Shown here piece after piece: positions 12,657 through 24,377 of a stretch of 64,000 bases of DNA. The notes beneath the pieces were generated by a model that was not told the DNA's origin, did no database searches, and worked only from the letters and a program-made list of their open reading frames with translations. This DNA comes from Camelus dromedarius. Its lineage: Eukaryota. The stretch spans positions 29,512,001 to 29,576,000 of the forward strand of contig NC_087442.1 in the NCBI RefSeq assembly GCF_036321535.1, written 5' to 3'. A program made the translations under genes and the position numbers. The stretch's first letter is position 1; every line of letters starts with the position of its first letter.

Positions 12657-14281
12657 ATCCATCCATCTATCTACGTATCACCCTTCTTTCTCCCTACTCT
12701 GTAATATATGTCCCATGGGGGCAACAGTCTTGTCTTATATATTCCCTGCTGTCTCTTCCCTTCTTAGAACAGTGTGTGTCATGTAGAAGGTTCTTAATAA
12801 CATTTTAAAATTGAATAAATGGGCAACCATATTTATTTATGGGCAAATAGTGAGTAGATGGCAGAGCTGAGATGGGAACCTGGCCCTTTCTTGCTTTAAA
12901 CCCTTATTTATTCATTACAAGGTCTCCCTATCAGTCAACCAGGACCCAGGGGTTCTTCTCTGAGCAAGACTATTTTATTAAAGCAAGGACTATTTTAGCT
13001 TAACATACTGAAGAATTGCCGCAATGATTTGGCTAACTTGTGTTCCCTCTGAATGATTTTCCCTGAATTCCACAGTTGCTTTAGTTTATCATATGTATTT
13101 GATATGAATTATTTAAATAATTGCCTCAACTTTCACTTTTTTTTGCTATCATTTATTATTCTTTCTATGTATGAAGAACCATTTCCTTTTAAAAATAATG
13201 TTGTCCATACCCTTGTGAACTAGTTAATTTTTTTTCCAACATTCTGTTTTGGGCTGTGTAGATATGACCTAACAGTCACTGCAATAATGCTGTTGTTTCA
13301 AAGGGTAAAGACCTTTTTTCTTATGAAAAAATTGAATGTAAAAAAAAAAAAAAAACCCCGCCTCATATAGTGTGAGAATGCCTGTTTTTCTTGGTCATAT
13401 TTCATTTCCTTAGCAAGACTATTTTCTTCTGCTTTCCATTGTCAGCAGACAAAAAAGATACAATTAAATCAAGGAAACCTGGCAGAGCCGATTTTGGAAA
13501 ATAAAGTGAATTCAGTTTCTGATTTGAACAAAGAGCAATTTATTATGCTGGAAAAACACTGCCCTGATGAGATTCAAATTCAGCATGTCTCATGCTAGTT
13601 CAGGACACCACTTCAGATCTGCATTTGTGTTTATCTTTGAGAAGGGGCAGTGATTTCACTCTCAAACTTTAAACTCCAAAAAGGACGTGGAGTTGTTTAA
13701 GGGTCAGCTAGCAATTAGCACTCAGAACCCCCATGCGGAGGCCAGAGGCGGGGGCCAGATTCTCAGCCTCCTCCAGCCCTGAGCTCACTGATTCCAAGTA
13801 TAGATTTCTGTAAACAACTCCAGCCATTCTGTTGGAGCAAATGAAGCGCTAGGGTTGGTCAGAGGGAATTTTATAAACCAGATGAGTTCTAAGGAGACTT
13901 TTGAAATTAAAAAAATTTTTTTGATGAATGTAATAACCATAATAATACCTTATATTTGTATAAAACATTATATCAATTAATATTTACAACCAGCATTGTG
14001 AGGTATAATTATCTTTGTTCTTTATAAGCAGGAAAAGTGCAACTTAAAAAATTATGGGACATTGAGAGTCACACAGGTAGTAAAGTCGGCTTGAACTAGA
14101 CTAAGATCTGATTCCTAATATCACACTGGTATTACTAAAAAGGATGAAGAAAACCAGCAGCTGTTTTCATGACTTTTACCTTCGCATATTTCTGGATTTT
14201 GCCAAAGTTTGGCCCTCTTTGATGGTAATTTTATCCTAGCATCTTCCACATTGAATCTTTTTGTGGAGGAAGGCAGGTTAT

Positions 14282-14316
<35 letters not shown>

Positions 14317-14342
14317 GATAATGATCATCATCATCATCATCA
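14282..14342. repeat. Compound AT-rich repeat (ATA)n(ATGATA)n(ATC)n at a MIR tail
   Basis: Direct read; a reverse MIR follows at ~14380-14570. Confidence 0.9.
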
Positions 14343-17000
14343 AGGTCCCCAGAAATAATATTGCCACTTAGTGAAAGTTTTGCATACATCATTTCATTCA
14401 GTCCTCCCACAGTCTTATGAGGAAGCCACTATTCTATTTGTATTTCCATTTTATAGGTGTGAAAACTGAGGCTAGGAGTATTAAACAACTAGTGCAAAAT
14501 CACACCACTGGTAAGTGGTGGAAATGATTCAAACCTAGATTGTCTGATTCCAAAGTGTGTCCACCCAGCCTCTATGCAATAGCACTTCTATCCAGAATAA
14601 GAGTAGGTGTGTGTGTGAGGGTCGTGCCTGCCAGGTCACTGGGCCCTGAATTATGACTGGATTAAGTCTGTAACATGATGTCAGGCGATTCAGGTTTCCA
14701 CATGTGGCTCCTTATGTAACGGACAAAATTAGTTTGGGCGTGCTCCTGCCAAAAGGACAGTTGCAGTGAAGCGAAGTAACTTGCTACAGTAAGCAACCCG
14801 TCTTTGTGGTATATATTTGCCACACGTAAGTACAGTTCCAGTCAGTTAAAAGTTGTCAGCTGCAGTTGTGAAATAATCTCTCACAGAGTGCTGCTTATCA
14901 GGAATGGGTGCCTTATTTTTATTACCTAAGTTCAAAACCCTTATAACTCCCAAGCAGTCCGGTTTGGAATACTGCAAAAAAGAACTACAATTTTAGAAAA
15001 ATGTAATATTTTGTTGATTTTTAGTATATTTATTCTGCTTTGTTAAATGGAAATAAATAAGTAAATCCATCCTTTAATTGTTTTTATTATGAGAAAATCA
15101 TTTAAATTTCCTCTCTAAATAAAAGTTGAGAAGATATTCAAAGAATATCCGTTTGAAGGGACAGCAAATTATAAACCAGCTCGGGGGTGGGGAGAGAGTG
15201 GTCCAGATAGCTCAGTCTAGCTCTGTTTATACAGCTCATATTCAGAGGGGGAAATTTTTAGTGGAATTTCAGTCACAGGGGTTGAGAGACGGTCTCCTTG
15301 ACTGGGGGGATTATGCTGAGCAGTAGTTTGATCAATAAGATAGAGGTTTTTGAAGGATGTTCTGAAGTGTCTGGCTTAGTTTAGAAGTAATGCAGGGTGG
15401 AAATTTCCGGAAGAATATACAACACAGTGTTACCATCAGTTACCCTTAGGGAGTGAGAGTGGAGGGTGTGGGAGAGTAGTCAGAGGCTACTTCTTGTACA
15501 CTTTATATCTTTTTGTCTAACTAAAATCTTTTTCCATGAGGATATATTTTATAATAAAAATAAACAAAACAAGACACAACAACATAAAGAATTGACAAAG
15601 GGAACATCTAGGAATGGGCATAGGTTTTCAAGCAGGAAAATGACATAGTCAGATATATAATTTTGGCAGCTGGTTTTAGATTATAAGAAAGTCAACACGG
15701 AGAGGGCAGAATCAGGAGGTCAGCGTTAGAATAACCTTGGAATAAGATGTTGAGTAATGACTTCTAAGCCAACTATAATTTTGAGACCGTATTCTAAAGC
15801 CCACATGGAGGATTCACATTTTCTTCACATCAGAGTATTTAAAATAAAATGATTCAAAGTAATCGTAATTTAAAATTTGATACGCCTGCACTAGAGGGAG
15901 TTACATTTTTAATAACAGCTTAAATCTCCATCAGTATAACAATCCTTAAATAAGTATATCCTCAGTGCAAATGTAGGAGATAGGTGTATGAAAAAAATAT
16001 ATAAGGGATATATTACAAATGAATAGAAAAAAAGAGTAAGAGCAGCACATGACACATTAACTTTTTTTTTCCTGTGAATCAACCAGGCTCAATGGTGGCA
16101 ACCTTGGTTTTTAACTATCTGTCATTGTAAGCATTCGTTTACTAAACTAACAGCATTTCATTAAGCAAGACTAATTCCTGTGAGCATTACCTTAGCCCAT
16201 TAGCTTCCAGACAGTCATTAATTCCTGTGACATGTCTTGGGATGAGATCATTATTATTATCATGATTGTTTTTATCAATTAGGTTCATTTTCCAAAAAAA
16301 AAAATCCATATTTTTAACATTTGGTACTTTCTTTCTGAAACATGTTTTTTTCCAGTATCTTTGTGATAGTAATTTCTTGCTTTACCTATGTGTTTCCATA
16401 GATCTTTTGGCTACCACTGAAGCTAGTTTAAATTCCTTATGTTTAATTTTCATAGTCTAACAAAATAAATTCAGAAGCAACTTTGCACAAGTATCCTAAG
16501 GGGACATTTGGGTTTCTCTGTAATATTTCTTTACTGATACTTGTGAAAAAAAATATCTCTGAAAATCATGTGCCTGACTTCAGAAGTGCGGGGCAGGATT
16601 TCACAAAGGCTCTGAATTTGGCATTTCTTGTTTACAAGGATTGTTGCCACTGATGAATATGGTGGTTGTTTAGTCACAGTTCCACAGGAGGGAAGGCCCA
16701 ACTTGACTATAATGGAAAGAGCAGATGTCAACAGAACACAGTGGCCAACGTCAAAATGATGGCTTCGGCTGGCTGACAGCAAGCAGTCTGTCCATTACCA
16801 CTTTCCACCACTTTTAAAATTAGAGAAAGAAAACTCATAAGACAACTGTGAGAAGTATAAACAAGCAAGAAAGGTAAAGGAAAAAGAAATGAAATATGGT
16901 GCTTAAAAACTCCAGGCTGCCCAATAAAAGTAGGAAATGATATTACAGATCCCGTGGACCGTAATGGGGAACACAAATGGTTTGGGGAGTCAGTGAGAAA

Positions 17001-17140
17001 NNNNNNNNNNNNNNNNNNNNNNNNNNNNNNNNNNNNNNNNNNNNNNNNNNNNNNNNNNNNNNNNNNNNNNNNNNNNNNNNNNNNNNNNNNNNNNNNNNNN
17101 NNNNNNNNNNNNNNNNNNNNNNNNNNNNNNNNNNNNNNNN
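17001..17140. other. N-run, 140 nt (non-repeat intergenic context)
   Basis: Direct read. Confidence 0.99.
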
Positions 17141-17582
17141 GAAGAATGCATGCATGTGACAATGAAAAAAGTGAATGCATAAAGACAAAGGGATTCTTTT
17201 CAAGGAAAGTCTAAAATTATTATTGTAATCTGGGACCAGTGCTTCAAAATGATGTTAAATTAGAAGTTTACTTAAATTAAAATGTTTGTTTATGCATCCT
17301 AAATATGGCCGCTGTCATGAGTTGCCTCTTTAATGCTAACTAGTTTCTCAGAATGCTTAACCAGGTAGGGTTTAACTGCCTGGGAGAACACAACCTGAGC
17401 CCTACTCTGAATTGGTCTATATAGGGAGCTAGCACTTCATTAAAAAAAATAATAAAGGATAAAGAGCTATTTGGATGTCTGATGCTAATTTTAGAGGGAA
17501 CTAATGAACTAATTCATACCAGTTTTCTAAAAACCTACACTTATTTTTTTCCTACACTTATTTTTTTCCTACACTTATTTTT

Positions 17583-17700
17583 AATTTTTATTTTTTAACT
17601 GAAGTATAGTTGTGTTAGTTTCAGGTGTATAGCAAAGTGATTTGGTTTTATATACATATATATTTTTTTTCAGCTTCTTTCCAATTATAGGGTTATTACA
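17583..17700 (-). mobile_element. 5'-truncated L1 tail
   Basis: ttttttaactgaagtatagttg...gttagtttcaggtgtatagcaaagtgatt...tatagggttattacaa; ctacactt on both flanks. Confidence 0.7.
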
Positions 17701-19742
17701 AAAGCTACACTTTTTATTGATAAGAAGAAAAACACATCAGATTAGCTCAGAAGCATGCAATGGAGAAAAGGGTGAAGACAGATGTTCTCTCTGTTTCCAG
17801 CGTTTGTTAAGTATTTGCCTTGAAGCCAACACAGTACTAGTTGGATGGCAGGATAGCAAGTTCTACTAATGATAGGCTTTACATTACCGTAGATACGCTT
17901 TTGCAGTTTTCCTAGATTTCTGCTCCAGGGTCACATGGTAAGTCAATAGTAGTTATAAACCTCTCAGTGTTGTGATCAATAGCTTTGGCTGACGTAATCT
18001 AGACCTCTGGTGTAATTTACAACAAAGGACAGTTTGGGCAAGCCTCTGTTTTATTACCTTCAGTTCACCAACTGAAATATTTCACTGGTTTATGACTGAA
18101 GTTTTTTTTTCCCATTTTTTGATAGATAGGAAATTGAGGTAGTCCTGAAGAAAAATGTCAAGTATGAAAAGGAAGAACATTTTATGGAACTAAAAGCAAT
18201 AAGCATTTCTTCCTTTGGGGCATAATGTCTGCATACTTATCTCCTGAAACTGTCTAAAGCACCACAAGAGTGCATCCTACATGTATGTGTAGTCAGCTGT
18301 GTATGTCTAGTTATCCAAATGGATTATAATATTAATGAAGTATTCCTTATCTTCCAAATACACACCACATAACATATAACACCATATAACAATACTGTAC
18401 TTTGTCTAATTTTCCTGAGCCTGAATAATCATTAACCATCCATTTGAACAAAGCAAGGAACAGTAATAATCTCTAGACAGGAATACTAAGAACCAGGACT
18501 CCTGTCCTTGTGCCTTCCTGCAACTTTCCTGTAATTTAGATGGGTTGTTATTTCCCATATCTGTTGTGGACTCTAAGTCTGAGGGCTAAAAAAGAAAAAA
18601 GGAAACTAGTCATTGGAGAAGTGATTAAAGGAATAGTAGGGAGTTTGGAGAAACAAGATGGGACAGCCTTCAGGTATCCTGCACTAAGAGGAAAGGTGCC
18701 ACCATCCTGTCATTGTTTTGTCACCCTCTCGTCCCCCACCTATACTCCCATAACAATACTCAAGGACGAGGTGGAATCACAGATTTATTTCTACCGTATA
18801 AAGCAGGTATGAGGTGAAGGATGGGGTATGAATTTTATTTAAACATCTGTAAGGTTCCTTTCAGCCTTAACTTCCTTTTCATCAACTACAGGCTACATTT
18901 ACATGGGCTTCTACTAAGACTGAAGATAATAACATCACAATTATTGAGCAAGTATGGTGTGCCAGGTGACTTTACACACTATGTTATAGTCCCTGTACAA
19001 CTATGTGCAGAAGGTAGTAAGTGACAGAAGAAGAAACTTAGGTTGAAAGAGATTCAGTATTTAGTCCAAGATAAGTCAGAGCTTGATCCGTTTGCTTCAC
19101 TAAAAGGCTTCACTTAATATGTTTAAACTGTGATGCCCTCCCTGATTTCAAACTATTTTACAAGGCTGTAGTAATCAAAACAATACAGTACTGGCCTAAA
19201 ACCAGACATATAGATCAATGGAACAGAACAGAGATCCCAGAAATAAACCCACGTATATATGGTTAACTAATTTACAACAACAGTGCCAAGAATATACATG
19301 GGGAAAGTACCGTTTTTTTCAATAAATGATATTGGGAAAATTGGACATCACTTGGAAAAGAATGAAACTGGACCACTATCTTGCACCATTCACAAAAAAC
19401 AATTCAAAATGGATTAAATATGAGAATGTAAGACCTGAAAATATAAAACTCTTGTAAGAAAACATAGGTTGTAAGCTCCTTGACATACGTCTTAGTGATA
19501 ATTTATGGAGTCTGACACCTAAAGCAAAGGCAGCAAAAGCAAAAATAAACAAGTGGGACTGGATCAAATTAAAAAAACTTCTGCATAGCAAAGGACACCA
19601 TCAATAAAAGTGGAAAGTCAGAGAAAAGTCATTTCTCTGAATGGGAGAAAACATTTGCAAAAAATATATCTGATAATGAGTTATATCCAAAATATATAAA
19701 GAACTCACACAACTCAGCAAAATAACAATCCGATTAAAAATT

Positions 19743-19988
19743 NNNNNNNNNNNNNNNNNNNNNNNNNNNNNNNNNNNNNNNNNNNNNNNNNNNNNNNNNN
19801 NNNNNNNNNNNNNNNNNNNNNNNNNNNNNNNNNNNNNNNNNNNNNNNNNNNNNNNNNNNNNNNNNNNNNNNNNNNNNNNNNNNNNNNNNNNNNNNNNNNN
19901 NNNNNNNNNNNNNNNNNNNNNNNNNNNNNNNNNNNNNNNNNNNNNNNNNNNNNNNNNNNNNNNNNNNNNNNNNNNNNNNNNNNNNNNN
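19743..19988. other. N-run, 246 nt (in L1)
   Basis: Direct read. Confidence 0.99.
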
Positions 19989-20217
19989 CCACTGGGAATG
20001 TAAATTGGTGCAGCTACTTGGAAAACAGTATAAAGATTCCTCAAAAAATTAAAAAAATACAACTACCATACAGTCCAGCAATTCCACTTCTGGACATTTA
20101 TCTGAAGTGAATAAAAACTCTAACTCAATGAGATGTATGCACTCCCATGTTCACTGCAGCATTATTTACAATAGCCAAGACATGAAAACAATCTAAGTGT
20201 CCATGGGTGAATGAATG

Positions 20218-20417
20218 NNNNNNNNNNNNNNNNNNNNNNNNNNNNNNNNNNNNNNNNNNNNNNNNNNNNNNNNNNNNNNNNNNNNNNNNNNNNNNNNNNN
20301 NNNNNNNNNNNNNNNNNNNNNNNNNNNNNNNNNNNNNNNNNNNNNNNNNNNNNNNNNNNNNNNNNNNNNNNNNNNNNNNNNNNNNNNNNNNNNNNNNNNN
20401 NNNNNNNNNNNNNNNNN
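20218..20417. other. N-run, 200 nt (in L1)
   Basis: Direct read. Confidence 0.99.
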
Positions 20418-20609
20418 ACCACAAAAAAGCTCATAGATACAGAAAACAGACTGGTGGTAGCCAGAGGGAATGGGGTGAAAGAAATGGGTGAGGGGGTCAA
20501 AAGCTACAAACTTCCAGTTATAAACTATGAAGCTTCTTCAAGATAGCTTACAGATCTAAGAAATGCAGTTCTAATATTCACCAGTTGTATAATTTTGTTT
20601 GTCTCTTCA

Positions 20610-20715
20610 ATTGAATTCCTTGGGGTGGGAGAGACTGTTTATCTTTGAATCCTCATTGCCTAGCACAAGGCCTGACATATGTTGATACTCACAAAATATT
20701 AGTGGAATTAAATGA
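20610..20715 (+). mobile_element. L2 3'-end relic (approximate)
   Basis: tgcctagcacaaggcctgacata...tattagtggaattaaatgaa. Confidence 0.55.
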
Positions 20716-21907
20716 AATACTAATTAGTGTCTTTTATATAATGTTAACATGTATCCCGAAGTAAATTGGATAAATTAACATTGCAAGATGTCAGTATTCA
20801 AACATTCAATGTGCTTGTATAGGTTTTATATTCCTTCTCCATATTTCTTTAAGGATGCAATTTCTGGTGTAGGTCAGAGAAAGCAAAGATATAATTAATG
20901 CCTGCATTGTGATGTGAGAAATCCTGTGGTAATTAAAAATTCAGAGCATTAAGCAAAACTTTGCAGAGGGTTATCTTTTTACCCCTCTTTGTCTAGAAAG
21001 ATCCCTTCCACCCCCCATGTCAGTGGTTCACCAAACATCATGCAAGCTACACAGATAACTGTATCTGTGGTGGTTTAAAGTAATTGATTGAGAACAAGAA
21101 AATCCTGTCTCAGTTGAGCAACTATCTGAGGATCTACTAAGTGCCAGATACTTAGCAGGTTTGTGTCTTTCAGCGGCATGCGGTCTGAATGACCTTTCTA
21201 TGGAAATGCATCTCTTGGCTGGGAGGGAGTTTGACTGGGTAGAGGCATTAAATTCTCTCTCAGTAAAGAGTCAGGCCTCCCCGCCCCCCCCCCCCCCATT
21301 TTGTAGGCACTGGTTTAAACTTAGGCCCTTTTAAAAAAAATCAGATTGACCCAGAGTGCCACATGATTCTTAGATACTGAAATACCACCTTTGAAGTCCC
21401 TTATCATTACAAGAATACTCCTGGAGATAACCTGAAGGTAATTTCTCTAGTCCCTGGGGGCTCCTGAACAGTGGGTACCTGTGTAGATGAAAAGGGTAGT
21501 TTTAAGGGCATAAGAAAGCCTCTCTCCTCCAACTCCCAATTAGGTATCTCTGCCAACTGTGGGGTTGCAGTTCTATTGTTATATCTTCCAGTCCAAGGAT
21601 GCACCTCGCTGGAGAAGAGCATCACGTTGAAGTAGAAGTTCCAGCAGTTGAAAGATTGTCAGGGAAACGCCAGGTAATTCGGCAGCTCAGGACAAACCAC
21701 CCTTAGAAAGACAGAGGCTTCTGAGATTCAAGGATGCAAATTCTTTTAGGTGCCCATGCATTAACTTGACTAATGCTCTCACAAATGGATGCCTTGCTGC
21801 AGGCAGGTGAAATCAATCTTAGGCTTCCTTTGTCATTATGTAAATCCAGTCGGTGATCAAGCATGACTAGCAATAACCAACTCTCAGTGTACAAGATGAT
21901 ACATCAC

Positions 21908-21913
21908 TTTAAT
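21908..21913 (-). terminator. Distal poly(A) signal ATTAAA of MET
   Basis: + strand tttaat, ~18 nt before the inferred cleavage site, in the same context as the human terminal signal as recalled. Confidence 0.75.
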
Positions 21914-21978
21914 TGTATGATTTATCAGAACAACAACTATTAACATACAAAGTACCATTCAGCTCAACTGCAGGTATA

Positions 21979-21985
21979 GGCAGTG
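21979..21985 (-). promoter_or_regulatory. miR-34/449 seed match (CACTGCC), distal
   Basis: 7mer-m8 match in the 3'UTR; miR-34 regulation of MET is established in human and mouse. Confidence 0.6.
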
Positions 21986-22294
21986 ACAAGTATTTAATTC
22001 TTAGAAGAATCACTTACTCTCATAATCTGTCCAGACACGTTAACCTAAGGACATGTTTATAAATAGCAAACATGATTTCACATTGTAGCTTTCTCAGGCA
22101 TATATACAGGTGTGCAGTCTTGTTGGTGGGTTGTTTCCATAAGCTCTATTCTTGATATATTCACTGTTCTATTGACATCAGCAGAGACGGTTATTTCTTT
22201 CTACAGAGCAGATTTTTTTCCTCCTCATCCATCACTTACAATATTCTGTGAATTAGTATTACTCTTCACACTTCTGAAATTGTAGTATCTGTAT

Positions 22295-22302
22295 TGGAAT
22301 GT
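22295..22302 (-). promoter_or_regulatory. miR-1/206 8mer site (ACATTCCA)
   Basis: + strand tggaatgt. Confidence 0.5.
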
Positions 22303-22717
22303 CTCTGCAGTACAATTCCTTGTGTCTTCTGGTAAGTTGCACCAGTGTCAAAGAGCTTTTGGTTGTAATCACTCTCTTGCAACAATAGCCCAACTCTACT
22401 ATTGGATTTTTAGTGTAACACACCATCTTTATAGCTTGCTGTGTTAACCCCTGGCTTCAAGTCCTGGTGATGTAATGAGGGTGGGGTGTACTGGCTGTCA
22501 GTACATTTCCTTATCACTATTTACAGCCATTTAAAATCATGCTGTGATTAATCCAAGTCTGACATACCTTTTCTGAAATGTTCACAGTGCAGTATTTTTG
22601 TGGCCTAACAAAAGTTTTCTTATATCATTAAAAATAAACATTTTTATAAAAATATAATACTTTAAATGTTTACATCGACAAAACCAGTTAAGAGTATCCT
22701 GTGCCACATGCATTATA

Positions 22718-22724
22718 CAGTAGT
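22718..22724 (-). promoter_or_regulatory. miR-199-3p seed match (ACTACTG)
   Basis: + strand cagtagt; miR-199a-3p is a reported MET regulator. Confidence 0.5.
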
Positions 22725-23276
22725 AAGCACAAAATCTCACAGAACAAAAACATCACAAAAGTCCTGACCAGAGTAACTGTTCATCCAGGTGAAATGGCCA
22801 GAACTTTCAATCACCTTTTTTGCTTAAAAAAACACATGTCCTAATGCAAAATTGTCTCTAATTGTGGGGTGGAAGCTGCCACCTGAGAAAGAGGCTAATA
22901 TTTCCAGTCCATCGCTCCTTTATGAGTCCTGATTGGAACCAATGAAACTTTCAGTTGGATGTATTCAGCTTTAAAAACATGCTGCATTACCTTTAAAGAC
23001 ATTTATCATCACAAATTACTTGTTTTATTTCCAGAGTCGTCATTAAAAAAAAATCAGACAAAACATCTAAATGTCCACATTCAGATCAGAATAGCAACAT
23101 TCTCAGTTGGTTTTTTAAATGACAATTAAATATTTCATTGTAGCTAAGATATTTTATGAAAACCTAATGTTGTCTATGTACAATATGTAAATATTCCTAC
23201 TCATTTATAAACACATTTCACGCCCTGGTGTTTTGAAACGTTGACTGTGTTGTCCATGGGTAGTTCTCCAATAAAA

Positions 23277-23309
23277 GGAATGTGTAGGCAAAAATTTAAA
23301 AGGGAATGT
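23277..23309 (-). promoter_or_regulatory. Paired miR-1/206 seed matches (ACATTCC x2)
   Basis: + strand ggaatgt at 23277-23283 and 23303-23309. Confidence 0.6.
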
Positions 23310-23741
23310 TTACCCAATGGGCAAATGACATCAGTAATGGAAAATGTTAGTGACCACACAACATATAAAAGTTCTTTGAAACACTTTAATTTTAAATGAG
23401 TGGCCTGGTCCTGGGGCTGCCATGTCTGTCCTGGACATTACCACTTTTTCTGAATTTTCTGTGATCAAGAAGTCTTCAAAAATTCATTACTTCAGTTCCT
23501 TGTAGGAATCAGATGGGATTCCGATTTTTAAGTTCAACCCAGCATTCAGGTTTTGTCAGGAGCGTCATCATAGCTGTGGGACTGCTGTTGGTCACTGGCC
23601 TGTGGGACCAAGTGTCTACCTCTGATGCTTTGTCAAATGAGAAATTTATTAGAGTCCAGTCATTTTAAATAACAATAGAAGGTCCTATAATAGTGCAACT
23701 TTGGCAAAAGCAAAAAATATCTGGTGGCCTTTCAGTGGCGA

Positions 23742-23748
23742 GGCAGTG
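23742..23748 (-). promoter_or_regulatory. miR-34/449 seed match (CACTGCC), proximal
   Basis: 7mer-m8 match ~80 nt after the stop. Confidence 0.55.
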
Positions 23749-23829
23749 AAAAAAATATTGGACAGCGTGTGGACTGTTGTTTGGATGATGTTTCTCAGAA
23801 GGGGCCAGTGGTGCAGATGCGTCCATCCA

Positions 23830-24040
23830 TCATGTGTCCCCCTCGCCATTGACATGCTCTTGTGGGGACAACAGAGAAGGATATGGGGCGACACACTTGA
23901 CATTCACGTAAGTAGCGTTCACATGGACGTAGTGCTCCCCAATGAAAGTGGAGAATATCGCTGATATCCTGGAGACCAATTCTGAAAAGGATGGGCGCAG
24001 CTCAGCTTTAGGGTGCCAGCATTTCAGCATCACTTCATAC
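23830..24040 (-). CDS. MET: MET exon 21 coding part (multisubstrate docking site, stop)
   Basis: cag|GTATGAA; [69 protein letters not shown]; YVHV and YVNV docking motifs intact. Confidence 0.98.
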
Positions 24041-24146
24041 CTGTTTCAGAAAGAAAGCAGTGCTGTGAGGACCTTGGAAGGCATGCATTTCTGTAAAAGT
24101 AAAGAATATAAGAGCTACAGAAGATTCTGTCGGAATTTTTTACTTA

Positions 24147-24377
<231 letters not shown>

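Larger units (their letters stand above)
19135..20525 (+). mobile_element. L1 ORF2 3' region plus part of the 3'UTR (L1MA-like, decayed)
   Basis: tacaaggctgtagtaatcaaaac, agatcaatggaacagaac, gcaaaaataaacaagtggga, caatagccaagacatg; no intact ORF; two N-runs inside. Confidence 0.9.
21890..23829 (-). other. MET: MET 3'UTR (~1.94 kb)
   Basis: Follows the stop codon and resembles the human MET 3'UTR throughout as recalled; ends ...ATTAAAgtgatgtatcatcttgta. End coordinate approximate. Confidence 0.8.

Noticed and set aside
16728-20546. Long ORF-track entries containing X
   Set aside because: Kept open only by N-runs; the underlying sequence is non-coding or decayed L1.
1-21889. A second protein-coding gene (e.g. 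CAPZA2) or processed pseudogene downstream of MET
   Set aside because: No exon-like or recognisable coding sequence found on either strand; CAPZA2 is expected further away from synteny as recalled.
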